DNA of 64,000 nucleotides, taken from NCBI GenBank assembly GCA_964252035.1, contig OZ176201.1; one strand, 5' to 3'. The DNA is from Podarcis erhardii (Eukaryota). A program made the position numbers and the translations under genes. The notes below the pieces were generated by a model. The model saw nothing but the letters and a program-made list of their open reading frames with translations, was not told the DNA's origin and searched no databases. This document shows positions 53,126 to 64,000 of this stretch, in pieces (position 1 is the first letter of the stretch; each line of letters starts with the position of its first letter).

Positions 53126-54014
53126 AAGCCAGGTGGGTGGACCTTTTCCTCTCTCATTTTCAGGTGACGCCAACATGAATCCTTAACAGCAGCAATTTGC
53201 TTAGAAAACCAGAGCCTGGTCACACAGAACGCCAATAAGTCTGCTGTTCTCATGGTGAAATTGCAATAATAATAAAAGGGTTTGATAAACACAGCCATTA
53301 TCAGATATGGCCTAGGATCTCCTACAACAGTTTCTGGAACATTAGAATTTCACACTGTTAACATTCAATTGCAGCCCCAATATGAGTCACACAACTTAGT
53401 CTTAGTCACTTAAAATTTGTGGAGTTGAAATTTCTTAAATTAGCAGCAGCTTCCTCCCTGGTCTGACAAATTTGATCAGCAGTGTTCAGCCAACATCATT
53501 ATGGCTTCTAAAACATGGCTCTCCTATAGTATTGCTGGGCTTGATCTTGGATTCTGAAAGCAGTCCTGTGGTAAGGAATATTTCATCTTCTGTCTTGTTG
53601 AAAAAGAAAGCAGTAGCTTGTTTCTTCAATGAATTGTTCAAGCTAGCTTAGACTTCCTTCAGGATCCTCAAAAGAGCTCTCACACATCTCCATTTGTAAC
53701 ACATATCTGAGCTAATAGTCCTAAACCACTTTGAGAAACAATGCACAAGCTCCAGTGAAGCTTTAATTTGCAATAGTTACATTTGCCTGGCTATTTTAAT
53801 TTGCTGGGCACTCCTAGTAAATCTACAACAGAAACTGTTCATAAGCTACCTTTTCGTTTCTCTAAAATGAAGAAATGAAAACAACTAATAATTCATATTT
53901 TATTTCTTAATGCCAATAATCACAAAGGTAACCGTGATAATTGCTCCCAGGACAGCAGGTGGGTGGAATGAGATGCTTTGTTGGAAGAAGGCAGAACTTG
54001 TCACCAGGACTAAT

Positions 54015-54132
54015 CTATTCATAAACCCAATCATGAGCACAAGGTTTGTAGTTCACAAGTTCTTCAGGCTTGAACCACAGATTGATCTCTTTCTGAGCAC
54101 TTTCCACAGAGTCACTGCCATGAATGATGTTC
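54015..54132 (-). CDS. NME2: NDK B last coding exon (catalytic His in NIIHGSD)
   Basis: ccctgtag| [42 protein letters not shown]. Total CDS 462 nt = 153 aa. Minus-strand AATAAA at 53899-53904. Confidence 0.96.
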
Positions 54133-54653
54133 CTACAGGGAAGACCAAGGAATTCCGTTTACAAAACTTGTGTAGCATTTAGAGACATTTCTGAAAGAAG
54201 AATCTGGAACAGAATACTTGACAGCTAAGCCTACACATATGAAATGTCTAGGTTGATAAGAAAGTATCCACAAGATTCAGTCAGTTTAGCTTAAAGGATT
54301 TCTTAGTCACACACACAAAATGAACCTATCATCGCCTTTAATCAAATGACCGGCCAACTACAGGTAGTTTCACGGGTATATGAATGGCTATCAGCTAGCT
54401 CTTGATCATCAGTACCTTAAATAAGTGAACAGTTAAGCTGTTTGACAAAAGCAAGCGGAACGCGCAATTTATCCTGTTAACATAAAAGGATTTTATTCTG
54501 CTGGAGGTATGCTTACACTACCCAGTCTTCTGTTTTAAATAGTGAGGCATGTATTCTGAACATTTTCTTTTAAAGGTTTTGATAATTAGTAGTACTTCAG
54601 TAGCACCTTGCAAGTCTTATTTAATACAGATAAATATAAATCCCAGTACCAAC

Positions 54654-54766
54654 CTGCCCACTTGAATGCAGAAGTCGCCACGGATAGTGCCAGGCTTGGA
54701 ATCTGCTGGGTTAGTTTCCCCCAACATCACTCTGCCCGTCTTCACCACGTTGAGTCCTTCCCAAAC
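54654..54766 (-). CDS. NME2: NDK B coding exon 3
   Basis: tcttgcag| [37 protein letters not shown] |gttggt; 113 nt. Confidence 0.96.
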
Positions 54767-55716
54767 CTGCAAGAATAAACTGGTTTAGCACATATGTTTA
54801 ACCACGGTACTTGACCAGATGAAAGTGATGAGAGCTTTTTCTTCTTCTTTGTGAAATGAAACAGGCTCTGGAAGGTTGAGATCCTCAGAAGACCACGTTG
54901 TGGGGGCATGCGTCATTTTGTCAGGCAACTGATATGCTTGTGAAGACAGAACATTTGTAATGGCGCAACACTGAATTACACCCTTGCTGTACATCTGTGC
55001 AGCAGGTCCCGGGAGTTTCTCTTTTTAAATAAGATGGGGAATGTTTAGGGCTTTTTCCTTCTCTACCCTTTCTAAGTGAAAGATGAAGAGGCCAGTTCAA
55101 AGCATGCCCACTTGCAAGTACCACAATTCTAAGTGGATTCACTTCTTAGTAAACCAAATTAGGGTCTGTCTGCACAACATTCGCAGCAGCCTTAGCAGAC
55201 TGCAAGAGGAAATTATTTTGGAAACAGCCAATCACTTCATTGTTTCACTGTTAGCAGAGAAGAAAAAACAAAGCAATAAATTCAGAGTGAAGTTTTTAAA
55301 AAATATTCTAAGATGAATTAATATTTCTAGTCCCAATGATCTTTTAAAAGGCCCCATCTTAATTGGTCACCCACTCTAGAGGGCTGCCTATTCTGATCTT
55401 GCTCACCAAGGAAGGGGCAGAGCTACCCTCAGATTTCATCTCCGGTATTTCTTTCCTCTACTCTGAAACAAGAGGTGGCTTGTTAGGGAATCAGAATTAG
55501 CTGCAGAGCAGAACTGATAAATTACTACAAACCTGCACCATCTCGCCTTTCCTTACTTTTCCACAAAGGCCTAAAGGAGAGGTAAGCTAACCTGTGACAG
55601 CTGGGCTACAACTATATGACCATTGGCCATGCTGGCTGGGGCTAATAGAAGTTGGAACCACACCTGGAGAGTATCAGGTATGAGTCTGATGTTTAAGTTT
55701 ACATAAAACCACTTAC

Positions 55717-55818
55717 CATGGGTACTACAGGCCCAGAATTCATATATTTAACCAAACCAGGGTAGAACGGCCGATCTTTCAAGTCAATATAGTGCTGTTT
55801 GAGAAGCTCTTCAGAAGC
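55717..55818 (-). CDS. NME2: NDK B coding exon 2
   Basis: cttttcttacag| [34 protein letters not shown] |gtaagt; 102 nt. Confidence 0.95.
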
Positions 55819-56410
55819 CTGTAAGAAAAGAGATGGTTAACGCTCATGATTAACTGCAGAAAGGAGCTGCTCTGAGCCACCCCTACTTAACCTAAGTCAC
55901 TTAAGAAGAGTCCTGCTGGATCAAAGCAAAACCTGTCTAGTCAGTATCCTGTTTCCCAGTGGCTAACAAAAATGCATATGGTATAGGAAGCCCACAAGCA
56001 GGAGTACACTGCCAAACAAGTAGCAAAGCACTCATAACTAAGCTCAAGAGTCAGGCTATAAGAAAGCAAACTAATGGTAGTTTGGACAGTCAGTACCAAC
56101 AGATTGTCCAGCAATGCTGCTGCTGCTGCTGCACAAGTTGCATATTATCTTACTCAGTATAACCTTCTAGTCAAAGTCATACCAGCTTGTATGTATTGGG
56201 TTACACAGGTAGTTTTAATAGAACCTACTGTACTTAGCAGGGAAGGGACAACCACCAAACTGAAACAGCAGGAAGACGAGGCTTGTATATGTATAATTGA
56301 AAGCCTGTAGTTTGACATATACTGAAAACAGGATACATTTTTGTCTCGTTTTCTAAAGTAGCTTTTGCTCCGCCTTAGCCTTGTGCAAGCTACAAAAAGT
56401 GTGCATAGGC

Positions 56411-56564
56411 CAGGGGTGCCCAAACTTTTTTCAAAGAGGGTCAGATATGATGAAGTGAGGCCAACCAGAGTTGTTCAGTTTTTTAAGGATTCAAGTTATT
56501 GAACTTTTTTAAAGGATTTTACCCCAGAAGATAAACTGCCACAGGAGCCGGATTAAACCCCCTG
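56411..56564. mobile_element. hAT MITE
   Basis: CAGGGGTGCCCAAACTTTTT...CCCCTG with exact 8-bp TSD GCATAGGC. Confidence 0.85.
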
Positions 56565-56780
56565 GCATAGGCGCTAGGCTATATTTAGCTTTCCCGCAGC
56601 TATATAAGCTAAATTAAAAAGGCAACACACATGCAAGCCACAGTGTAACCCTTCACTAAATATGTGTCCTCGAGAGTGTACCCCCTCTCAAAATAAAACA
56701 TTTCTGAGTGAAACAACCCTTGAGCTCAAATCATCCACAATCTGCAACCCATGTCGTGGTTCAAATTTGAATAAAACACG

Positions 56781-56924
56781 AGGCTGTTTAGCTCAGTCAG
56801 TAGAGCGTGAGAATTTTAATCCCAGGATTGTGGGTTCAAGCCCCACTTTGGGTGAAAGATTCCTGCATTGCAGGGGATTGGACCTCATGGCCCCTTCCAA
56901 CTCTACAATTCCATGATTCTATGA
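56781..56924 (+). mobile_element. tRNA-Lys-derived SINE with a CR1 LINE 3' tail
   Basis: Head TTAGCTCAGTCAGTAGAGCGTGAGA...GTGGGTTCAAGCCCCAC resembles tRNA-Lys(CTT) but is degenerate; followed by the CR1-type tail CCTTCCAACTC...CCATGATTCTATGA. Confidence 0.82.
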
Positions 56925-57086
56925 ACCGATACTTAAAAGACCGTTTAGGCAAAAGATATCCAAATGTTGAAATATTTCAAATTATGTCAGAAATAAACAA
57001 TTTAAAACACAAATACAAGCTCACACCTCCATTTCTACCTTTGATTTTGAGCTCTCACTGGTAGTTCCATTATGCCACCTCATATA

Positions 57087-57313
57087 CAGTGGTATATTAA
57101 GTTAGGTACTTAATTTGTTCCAGAGGTCCGTACTTAACCTGAAACTGTTCTTAACCTGAAGCATTACTTTAGCTAATGGGGGCCTCCTGCTGCTGCTGCC
57201 ATGCCGCTGGAGCCCGATTTCTGTTCTTATCCTGAAGCACTATTTCTGGGTTTGCGGAGTCTGTAACCTGAAGCGTATGTAACCTGAAGCATATGTAACC
57301 TGAGGTACCACTG
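57087..57313 (+). mobile_element. Tc1/mariner-type MITE family A
   Basis: TA-CAGTGGTA...GGTACCACTG-TA; same orientation as the 5219 copy. Confidence 0.85.
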
Positions 57314-57587
57314 TATAGCACAATAACGAGCTTTCTGCTGTTAACTGGCATCATGACTCACTTGATGGGTCCCTTAGATTGATGAATGACTACTGCCTAA
57401 TGTTGTACACCTCAGCCCTATTCTAAATCATGACTAAACTTATCAATTAGGGTAGGGTAGGAGAAGCTGAAATGGATGGAACAGCAGAAAGAGGACAAAC
57501 CTTGCTTGCTAGACAGCAAGGAAGGGAGAGGGATGGATGGATCTACTTATTGGTTCTGGCCCCGCCCACTGCTGGCCTGCAGCCTCT

Positions 57588-57634
57588 GATCTCTCTCTCT
57601 CTCTCTCATACACACACACACACACACACACACA
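57588..57634. repeat. (TC)n(CA)n microsatellite
   Basis: Read directly from the sequence. Confidence 0.9.
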
Positions 57635-57693
57635 CTGCAGAAAAAGGTTCTCTAATCCTGCTTTACTGCACCATTTACCAAGATTAAACTTAC

Positions 57694-57822
57694 ATGCATA
57701 AATTTCATAGCCACCAGTTTGAATCCCTTCTGTTCAAATCGCTTGATGATTTCACCTATGATTCCCCGCTGGACTCCATCAGGCTTGATGGCAATGAATG
57801 TGCGCTCTGTGTTGGAAGCCAT
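57694..57822 (-). CDS. NME2: Nucleoside diphosphate kinase B, coding exon 1
   Basis: ttttgcag|TGAGATA ATG: [43 protein letters not shown] |gtaagt; 129 nt. Called NME2 rather than NME1 from adjacency to MBTD1 and residues such as [13 protein letters not shown] and KPEELV. Confidence 0.93.
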
Positions 57823-58849
57823 TATCTCACTGCAAAAGAAACGCTAAGAGAAGTGAGTAGGATTGGAATTATCCCCACAAACCACCACAGAAGATGAACC
57901 TATAGAGGGAAGGAGTGCAATCAAGATAAGTAAGATTTTACAGCAGGACCAATGCCACAGAAGAACCTAGAACAGGTTACCCATACCTATTGCCATCTAG
58001 TCGTCGTTGGACAGCAAATCCCATCATCCCTGACTGGTGGCTATGCTCACTGGGGCCGATGGAAGTTTGAGCCAAACATCTTGAGGGCATCAGGTTGAGA
58101 AACGCATGTGAAAAAATGCACAAGGTACTTCCTGTTCGTCAAGGTGACTGCTGTTCAACATTAAGAGGTCAACTCACCAACAGTAAAACAGGGCTAATGA
58201 ATTATTATTATTTTGAATTTCTTGTAGAAATGTTAAGTTAGCTTTTAAAGGACAAGCTGTGTGATAAATTGTCTCCCTTGAACTGGTATACCATTAACTC
58301 TATGAGAAAGTGGCAACAGCAGTTGGCAGCCTCCAATGTCATTCCTTCTCTGCTCTTATGACTTTTGAGATCTGCCATCTTAGGAGCACACCAAGTCCTG
58401 TGATTTCTTAAGAATCCTTTCAGTAACAATATACAGTTTTCATCTTCAAGTTGGGAATGCATGAAAATCTTACTTTAAAGAGCAACCCAGTGCATTCGAA
58501 CAGGACACAAAAGCAACCAGGGAACAGACTGTGTGCTCTTTGTTTCATTTTTTAAAATATCTGCAGCATCGCCAAATAGATAATAAGGAATCGTATTCAG
58601 GGCCATAGCTAGGGGGTGGTAAGGTGGGCCCCTGCCAGGGGCGCAAGTGAGGGGGCGCGAAAAATCGGCTAAAAATATGTCTATGATCACATGGCATGGC
58701 GTATTTGAATGGCAATGCCCATGAACTGCGGGGAGGAGGGCTGTCCCCCTCAAATATTTTAAGGGACGGGAGCAAAGGTACCTCGGCCCCTAGGAGTTGG
58801 CTCCTATGTTATGCGATATGATGGAGGTCGGATTTCATGGGGGGTGTTT

Positions 58850-59750
58850 GGGCAGGCTTTGGGGCTTCCTCCCCGCCCTAACTGGAGTTGCAATTCTACA
58901 CCCCTCCCCGCAAGCCCCGGGGCAGGCACCATTCGACTGCACGTGGGCAAGGCTTCCTCCACCATCCGTCCACGTGTCGCGGAAGAGCCCTTTGTTCCCC
59001 TCCCCTCGGGCGGCGTCGATTTGGGCCTCTCCGCCCTGGGGCTGGAATCCTACACCCATTTACCCGGGAGTAAACCCCACTTAATCCAACGGGACTGACT
59101 TCCGAGTAGACAGGCACAGGCATGTGCTCTGCGGCGGCAGGGCTGCCTTCTTCTCCTTCTTCTCGCCTCGGCCGCCTCAAGTTACAGAGGCCCCCGAGGG
59201 GAGGCGAGGAGAGCTGGCTGCGCCTCCCAGGCGGCTGCAAAATGCGCTTTTTTTTTTGCAAAAGGCACCCCCCCCCCCAGCCGCCATTTCCTCTTTAGCC
59301 GGCTCCAGCTGCATTTCTTCCTCCTCTTTTTTTTTTTTTTTTTTTTTTGCCCTAGAACCTCGTTTTGGTTTTTTCCTCCAGGAAGAAAGTGAAGAAAGAC
59401 CAAAGAAAGGGGTGGGTGGTGGGAATACAGCTCACCTCAGCTGCAAGGAGTCTGGTCAGGCCCGGAGAGCGTGTCTGCAGCTGCCGTCTCCCTGCAAACC
59501 TCCAGGGGAAGAGGCGGAGCAAGGCCGGGCCGGCGCCGAAGACAAGCCGGGAGGGGAGCCAAGGAGGCGGGCTTGGTCGTGGGCTGCCTCCTCCTCCTCC
59601 TCCTCCTCCTCCCCCGCGTAGGTCCCTCGCCGCCGCTTTGGTTTTTGCAGTCTGAGCAGATGGTGGTTCTCTCCTCGCCCCAGGATCCCGAGTTGGAGGG
59701 GGAAAGCATGCCAGCAGCATTTCTGTGTTTTCTCCCCAAGCAGTGGAGGA
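58850..59750. promoter_or_regulatory. CpG island, NME2 promoter
   Basis: High GC/CpG content, GC boxes, (TCC)n run at about 59589-59611. Confidence 0.8.
59436..59514 (-). other. NME2: NME2 putative non-coding exon 1
   Basis: Consensus donor GAG|gtgagc at 59436 inside a CpG island; TSS inferred from a pyrimidine tract at about 59513. Confidence 0.65.
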
Positions 59751-60652
59751 AACAGTCTGAACAATATACAGCACAAAGCAGCCCGGAGATTGCTTCTCCT
59801 CAGAACTCGTTGAAATGAATGGACCCGAGTTATATAGGGTACCCCTAATCGTGTCCGCTACTTAGAAGTAAGTTCTATAGAATTCAGTGGGACTTGCTCC
59901 CAGGGAAGTGGGGATGGGGTTGCAGCCTTAGTCACGTTCGTAGGTGACAACAGCACTACTCCAGGGATTTTAATCTGCATGGGGCCAGGGGGCTGGTGGG
60001 AGCGGATAGGGATTTTGACAGGTGAGTGCTCCTGCCCACCTGTCAGATTTGGCTCACACATTTTGAGGCAGATCTTGATAAAGATCTGGCCCGTGGATCC
60101 TACCTGCTCTAGCTAGGGAGAGTCCATCAGTACAAGCCTGCCTGACTGATGCAGAGGGGAAGCTGATAAAATCTGATAAAACATATTTTGTAGCAGACTG
60201 GCTGGGATTCCCATTTTTTTTAAACAACGGCAATTTTAAAGTCCTCTGCCTTTTTGCCAAGAACATGTAAACTGTGCTATGATGTGCTCTGCTTTTTCCA
60301 CCAAGCCTAAGGATGCACTCTGCTTCCCACAGTATCACAGGCTTCTCAGTGTAATAATTTCATGAGGTATTTTTGCTCCCATTAACATGTTGCAGCCTTT
60401 AACCACTTCCTCCAATCACTCCTCAAATTGACTTATTTACAGAGGAGATTCATTACTTCTCCTGCACCTACCAATACAGTAGTTAAAGGAACCCACACAT
60501 CCCCAAGTAGATCAGGCCCTCAGGACAGAAGTTATTTTTCACAGTTTCCTTGCTGAAAATCTCTTCCCCTCCTCCTGCAAAAGATGCTATTAACACCAGT
60601 TGAGGCAGGAACATGTAATAAGGATACCCACCCCCCACCACCAATACTAATA

Positions 60653-60878
60653 CAGTGGTACTTCAGGTTACATACGCTTCAGGTTACAGACTCCGCTAAC
60701 CCAGAAATAGTGCTTCAGGTTAAGAACTTTGCTTCAGGATAAGAACAGAAATCGTGCTCTGGCGGTGCGGCGGCAGCTGGAGGCCCCATTAGCTAAAGTG
60801 GTGCTTCAGGTTAAGAACAGTTTCAGGTTAAGAACGGACCTCTGGAACGAATTAAGTACTTAACCCGAGGTACCACTG
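60653..60878 (-). mobile_element. Tc1/mariner-type MITE family A (inverted)
   Basis: TA-CAGTGGTAC...GGTACCACTG-TA; interior is the reverse complement of the 5219 and 57087 copies. Confidence 0.88.
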
Positions 60879-62679
60879 TACCAGCTTCATGGATGTAATT
60901 TCTAGTGGGGAAATTGGGAAGGCGAAAGAGTTAGCACCCTTTCTTGCAGTGCTGTAGCCTGGGTCCAGTTCAGGTGGATCTTCAGCTACTTTTAAGTCTT
61001 GTGGAGAGAGAAAATAAACAATCATATGTATTTGATCATCAAACATGCTAAACTGGGGTTTGCACTGTGGAAAGGAACATAGTTTTGGGGAGGACTGCTC
61101 ATGATTTCATGTGCTGAAGATCCCAGGTTTAAACCCAGCATTTCCATGTAAAAGGAGCAGCTGGCAGACCTCTGTCAGTACTTTGGAGAGCCACTACCAA
61201 TCAGAGGAGACACTACTGGAATGACCTGGTGTAAGGCGATTTCTTATGCTCAGAGTTGAGAAATTATAATTCATGATCTGAGTTTTCAAACGTACAAGCC
61301 AATCATGCTGTAGAGCAGCCTGTCTGCTTTCTTAACTGTGATACATAGCATGAATTAAGTTTTTGTAGCTCATGTAATCAGGATAAGGAAACATGTACGC
61401 AGATGTAATGAAGCTCAACAGAATTAAGAAGCAATACTGTACAATGCCTTCCTTTCCAACAACAAACAGAGTAATAGAAATGAGTGACAGAAAGCACAGC
61501 TTAGTGAATGTCCCTCGTATTAATCGCCTTTTCTCATAATGCATTTCATAAGCATCTATACTAATCTTGCCTTAAAATGGCCTATGAGAAGAGTTAGAAT
61601 TAGAGGGGATAAAAGAGTTTAATAACCATCTGTATAAAGCTTTATTTTCAAAGTGATACCGCAACCCATGTGTATCCACTAGAAGCAAAACCAACATTTA
61701 AAATTTGCCAATATTTGTTACAATTAAGTTTTATCCAGTGCCGCTATTGAGGATATGTTGTGGGAACACTGTCAACTTATGCAATCCGCTGATGTGGGCA
61801 AGGGGCTGGCAGCAATACATCTGACCACATGTCCCCTTGACCCCTGTCCCTCCTGGCTCACTAATTCTAGCAGAGGGCAGCTGACTTAACACTTAATTGT
61901 ATGAGGGATGGCCCCTGCTGCCTTGAAAAGGGCAACTCCTAAAGTGTGGCAGCTCCTAAAGAAATTGACTCTGGACCCCTTAGGCTAGAGCAACTATCAA
62001 CTAGTCACAAATAGCTGGTCAGGGGCCTGAGTCTCCCTTGGTCGCCCTGATGGATGACCTTTGCAGAGAGCAGGACTGGGAGAGTGTGACCTTGCTTCTG
62101 CTTCTTGATCTCTTGTCCATTCACCACGGAATCCCTCTGGACTGGCTCTGGGGAATGGGAATTGGGACCACAGTATTCTAGTGGTTCCAATCCTGCTTTT
62201 GGGACAGAGTCCAGAGACTAGCATTGGGAAGGTGCTTTTCGGCTCCCTGGGCAGCTATGTTATGGGCTGCCACACGATGTCATCTTATTTCCAATGCTAT
62301 TTACTATCTGCATGAAGCCACTGGGAGCAGTCATTGGGAGTTTAAGGGCAGGGTCTATTTCTCCATAACATAACTCAGCTCTATTTCTCTATAACATCTG
62401 AATTAGGAGAGGCCATACAGGCTCTGGGCTGTTGCTTGGATGCAGTGGTGAGATGGATGAGGGAAAACAAGCTCAACTTGGACCCTGGCAAGATGGAGGC
62501 ACTGTGGGTGAGTCAGTCCCATGTCTGAGAAATTGGGTCAATTGCCTGCCCTGGATAGATTGTACTCCCCCTGAAGGAAGAGGTTCACAGTTTTGGGGTG
62601 CTTCTGAATCCAGTTCTGTCACTTGAGGTTCAGGTAGCCTCAGTGCCTTTTACTAGCTGCAATTGGTACAACAGCTACA

Positions 62680-63260
62680 CCCATTCTTGGACCAGGAAAG
62701 CTTGATCACAGTAGTCCAGGTATTGGTTACTTCAAGGCTGGATTACTGTAATGTACTCTTGTGGGGCTTCCCTTGCACCTGATTTAGAAGTTGCAGTTAG
62801 TACAGAATGCTGCTGCAGGATTGCTGATAAGAGTGAGACTTTGCCAGCAAGTAACACCTGTGTTCAGTGCCAGTTTGCTACTTGGCCAGGTTCACATTGT
62901 TAGTATATAAAGCCCTTAGCAACTGGGGACCAGTCTACCTGCAAGTTCACCTTATATGCCAATTCAACCACTTCAGTCTGTAGAACTGGCACTCAATATT
63001 TTAGTGTGGCAGCATCTACACTTTGGAACTCCCTGCCTATTGATATCAGACAAGCACATTCACTGTGCACTTTTGGCACCTACCCAGATATCTAGAATGT
63101 TGGTGTGTGTTTTAATCCGTTTTTAGTTTATTACTGGTTTTAATTTTTTGTATGTTTTAAGTAATTGTTTTTACTGATAATTTCATTGCTTTATTCGTTT
63201 TGTAAACCATTTTGAGGTTGTTTTTTTTACAATCAGGTGGTATATAAATTTTATGAAATC
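62680..63260 (+). mobile_element. Degenerate L2 LINE 3' fragment
   Basis: TVVQVLVTSRLDYCNVL..LPL..KLQLVQNAAA relic followed by an L2-type AT-rich tail. Confidence 0.75.
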
Positions 63261-63480
63261 AATCAGTCAACTAGATTACATTCTATAAGTATTCAATATG
63301 CTGTGATTACACCATATTTAAATTACACTGTAGTGTAATGATTTGCATTGCTGCATTCATGACCTGGCATTTTAAGGTGAAACAGAAGAGCCACTCTGCT
63401 GATCCATTCAGGGAGTATGTTATTTATCACTTGTGTAACGTATTCAGTGGCAAATGGTTTGTATACAATAGCTTCTCATA

Positions 63481-63498
63481 ATAGTAGTAGTAGTAGTA

Positions 63499-63539
<41 letters not shown>

Positions 63540-63670
63540 TTATTATTTATACCCCGCCCATCTGGCTGGGTTTCCTCAGCCACTCTGGGCAGCTTCCAAC
63601 AAAATATTAAAATACAATAGTCTGTTAAACATTAAAAGCTTCCCTAAACAGGGCTGCCCTAAACAGCCCT
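63481..63670 (-). repeat. (AGT)n(AAT)n microsatellite plus LINE 3' end
   Basis: Same LINE-tail sequence as at about 39800, with a compound trinucleotide array. Confidence 0.8.
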
Positions 63671-64000
63671 TCTCATCTTGCAAACTCATAAATATGAACA
63701 ACCTAAAGTAATGGTTGACTCCATTGAGTACAGTAAATATAATAAAATTAAGCATGTGCGTTTGATAACTGCTGAAGGAGAGCAAAAGTGTGTTCTCTTC
63801 TTCAACAGCCCTCACCCCATTTACTTTTCTAATGAATAAAAGTATATTCCAGTTTAGTTAAAACCTTCAGTCAGCACAACAAATACAATTAACATTTATA
63901 AATCACACAGGGCATTTGGGGAAACAATTTTAGAGGATATTGGAGGTAGGAACTGTTTCCAGATAAACATAACAAAGGAATACACAAGTTTTTAATCATA

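Noticed and set aside
56781-56854. Functional tRNA-Lys gene
   Set aside because: Degenerate acceptor and anticodon stems, and direct fusion to a CR1 tail, indicate a SINE.
58797-59818. Multiple long ORFs in the NME2 CpG island
   Set aside because: GC-rich and homopolymer-driven, with no recognisable domain or supporting splice structure.
59520-64000. NME1 paralogue or NME1-NME2 read-through upstream of NME2
   Set aside because: I found no NDK-like exon (for example a second NIIHGSD exon) in the 4.5 kb upstream. It may lie beyond the window, so I make no claim about its absence.

Overview
Vertebrate genomic DNA, almost certainly a squamate and probably a lacertid lizard (inferred from Sauria-SINE copies, a tRNA-Lys/CR1-tail SINE and the MITE content). 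It holds the conserved amniote block UTP18 (minus strand, first 4 coding exons; the gene runs off the left edge), MBTD1 (plus strand, complete, about 4.3-53.1 kb, sharing a CpG-island bidirectional promoter with UTP18) and an NME1/2-type nucleoside diphosphate kinase, best called NME2 (minus strand, complete 153-aa CDS, tail-to-tail with MBTD1). I assembled exons by hand from GT-AG sites and reading-frame phases. MBTD1 gives 629 aa from the MFDG start, 652 aa from an upstream in-frame MENTKDL start, and 716 aa with a 192-nt cassette exon. Introns contain Tc1/mariner-type MITEs (TA TSD), hAT MITEs (8-bp TSD), SINEs, and L2, CR1 and Penelope relics. I found no convincing novel protein-coding gene or new multi-gene system. 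The best leads are regulatory: uORFs and a stop/start overlap at the MBTD1 start, candidate alternative internal and terminal exons, an inverted MITE pair that could drive back-splicing, candidate poison exons and RNA hairpins. Gene identities rest on my recall of the human orthologue proteins; no database search was run.
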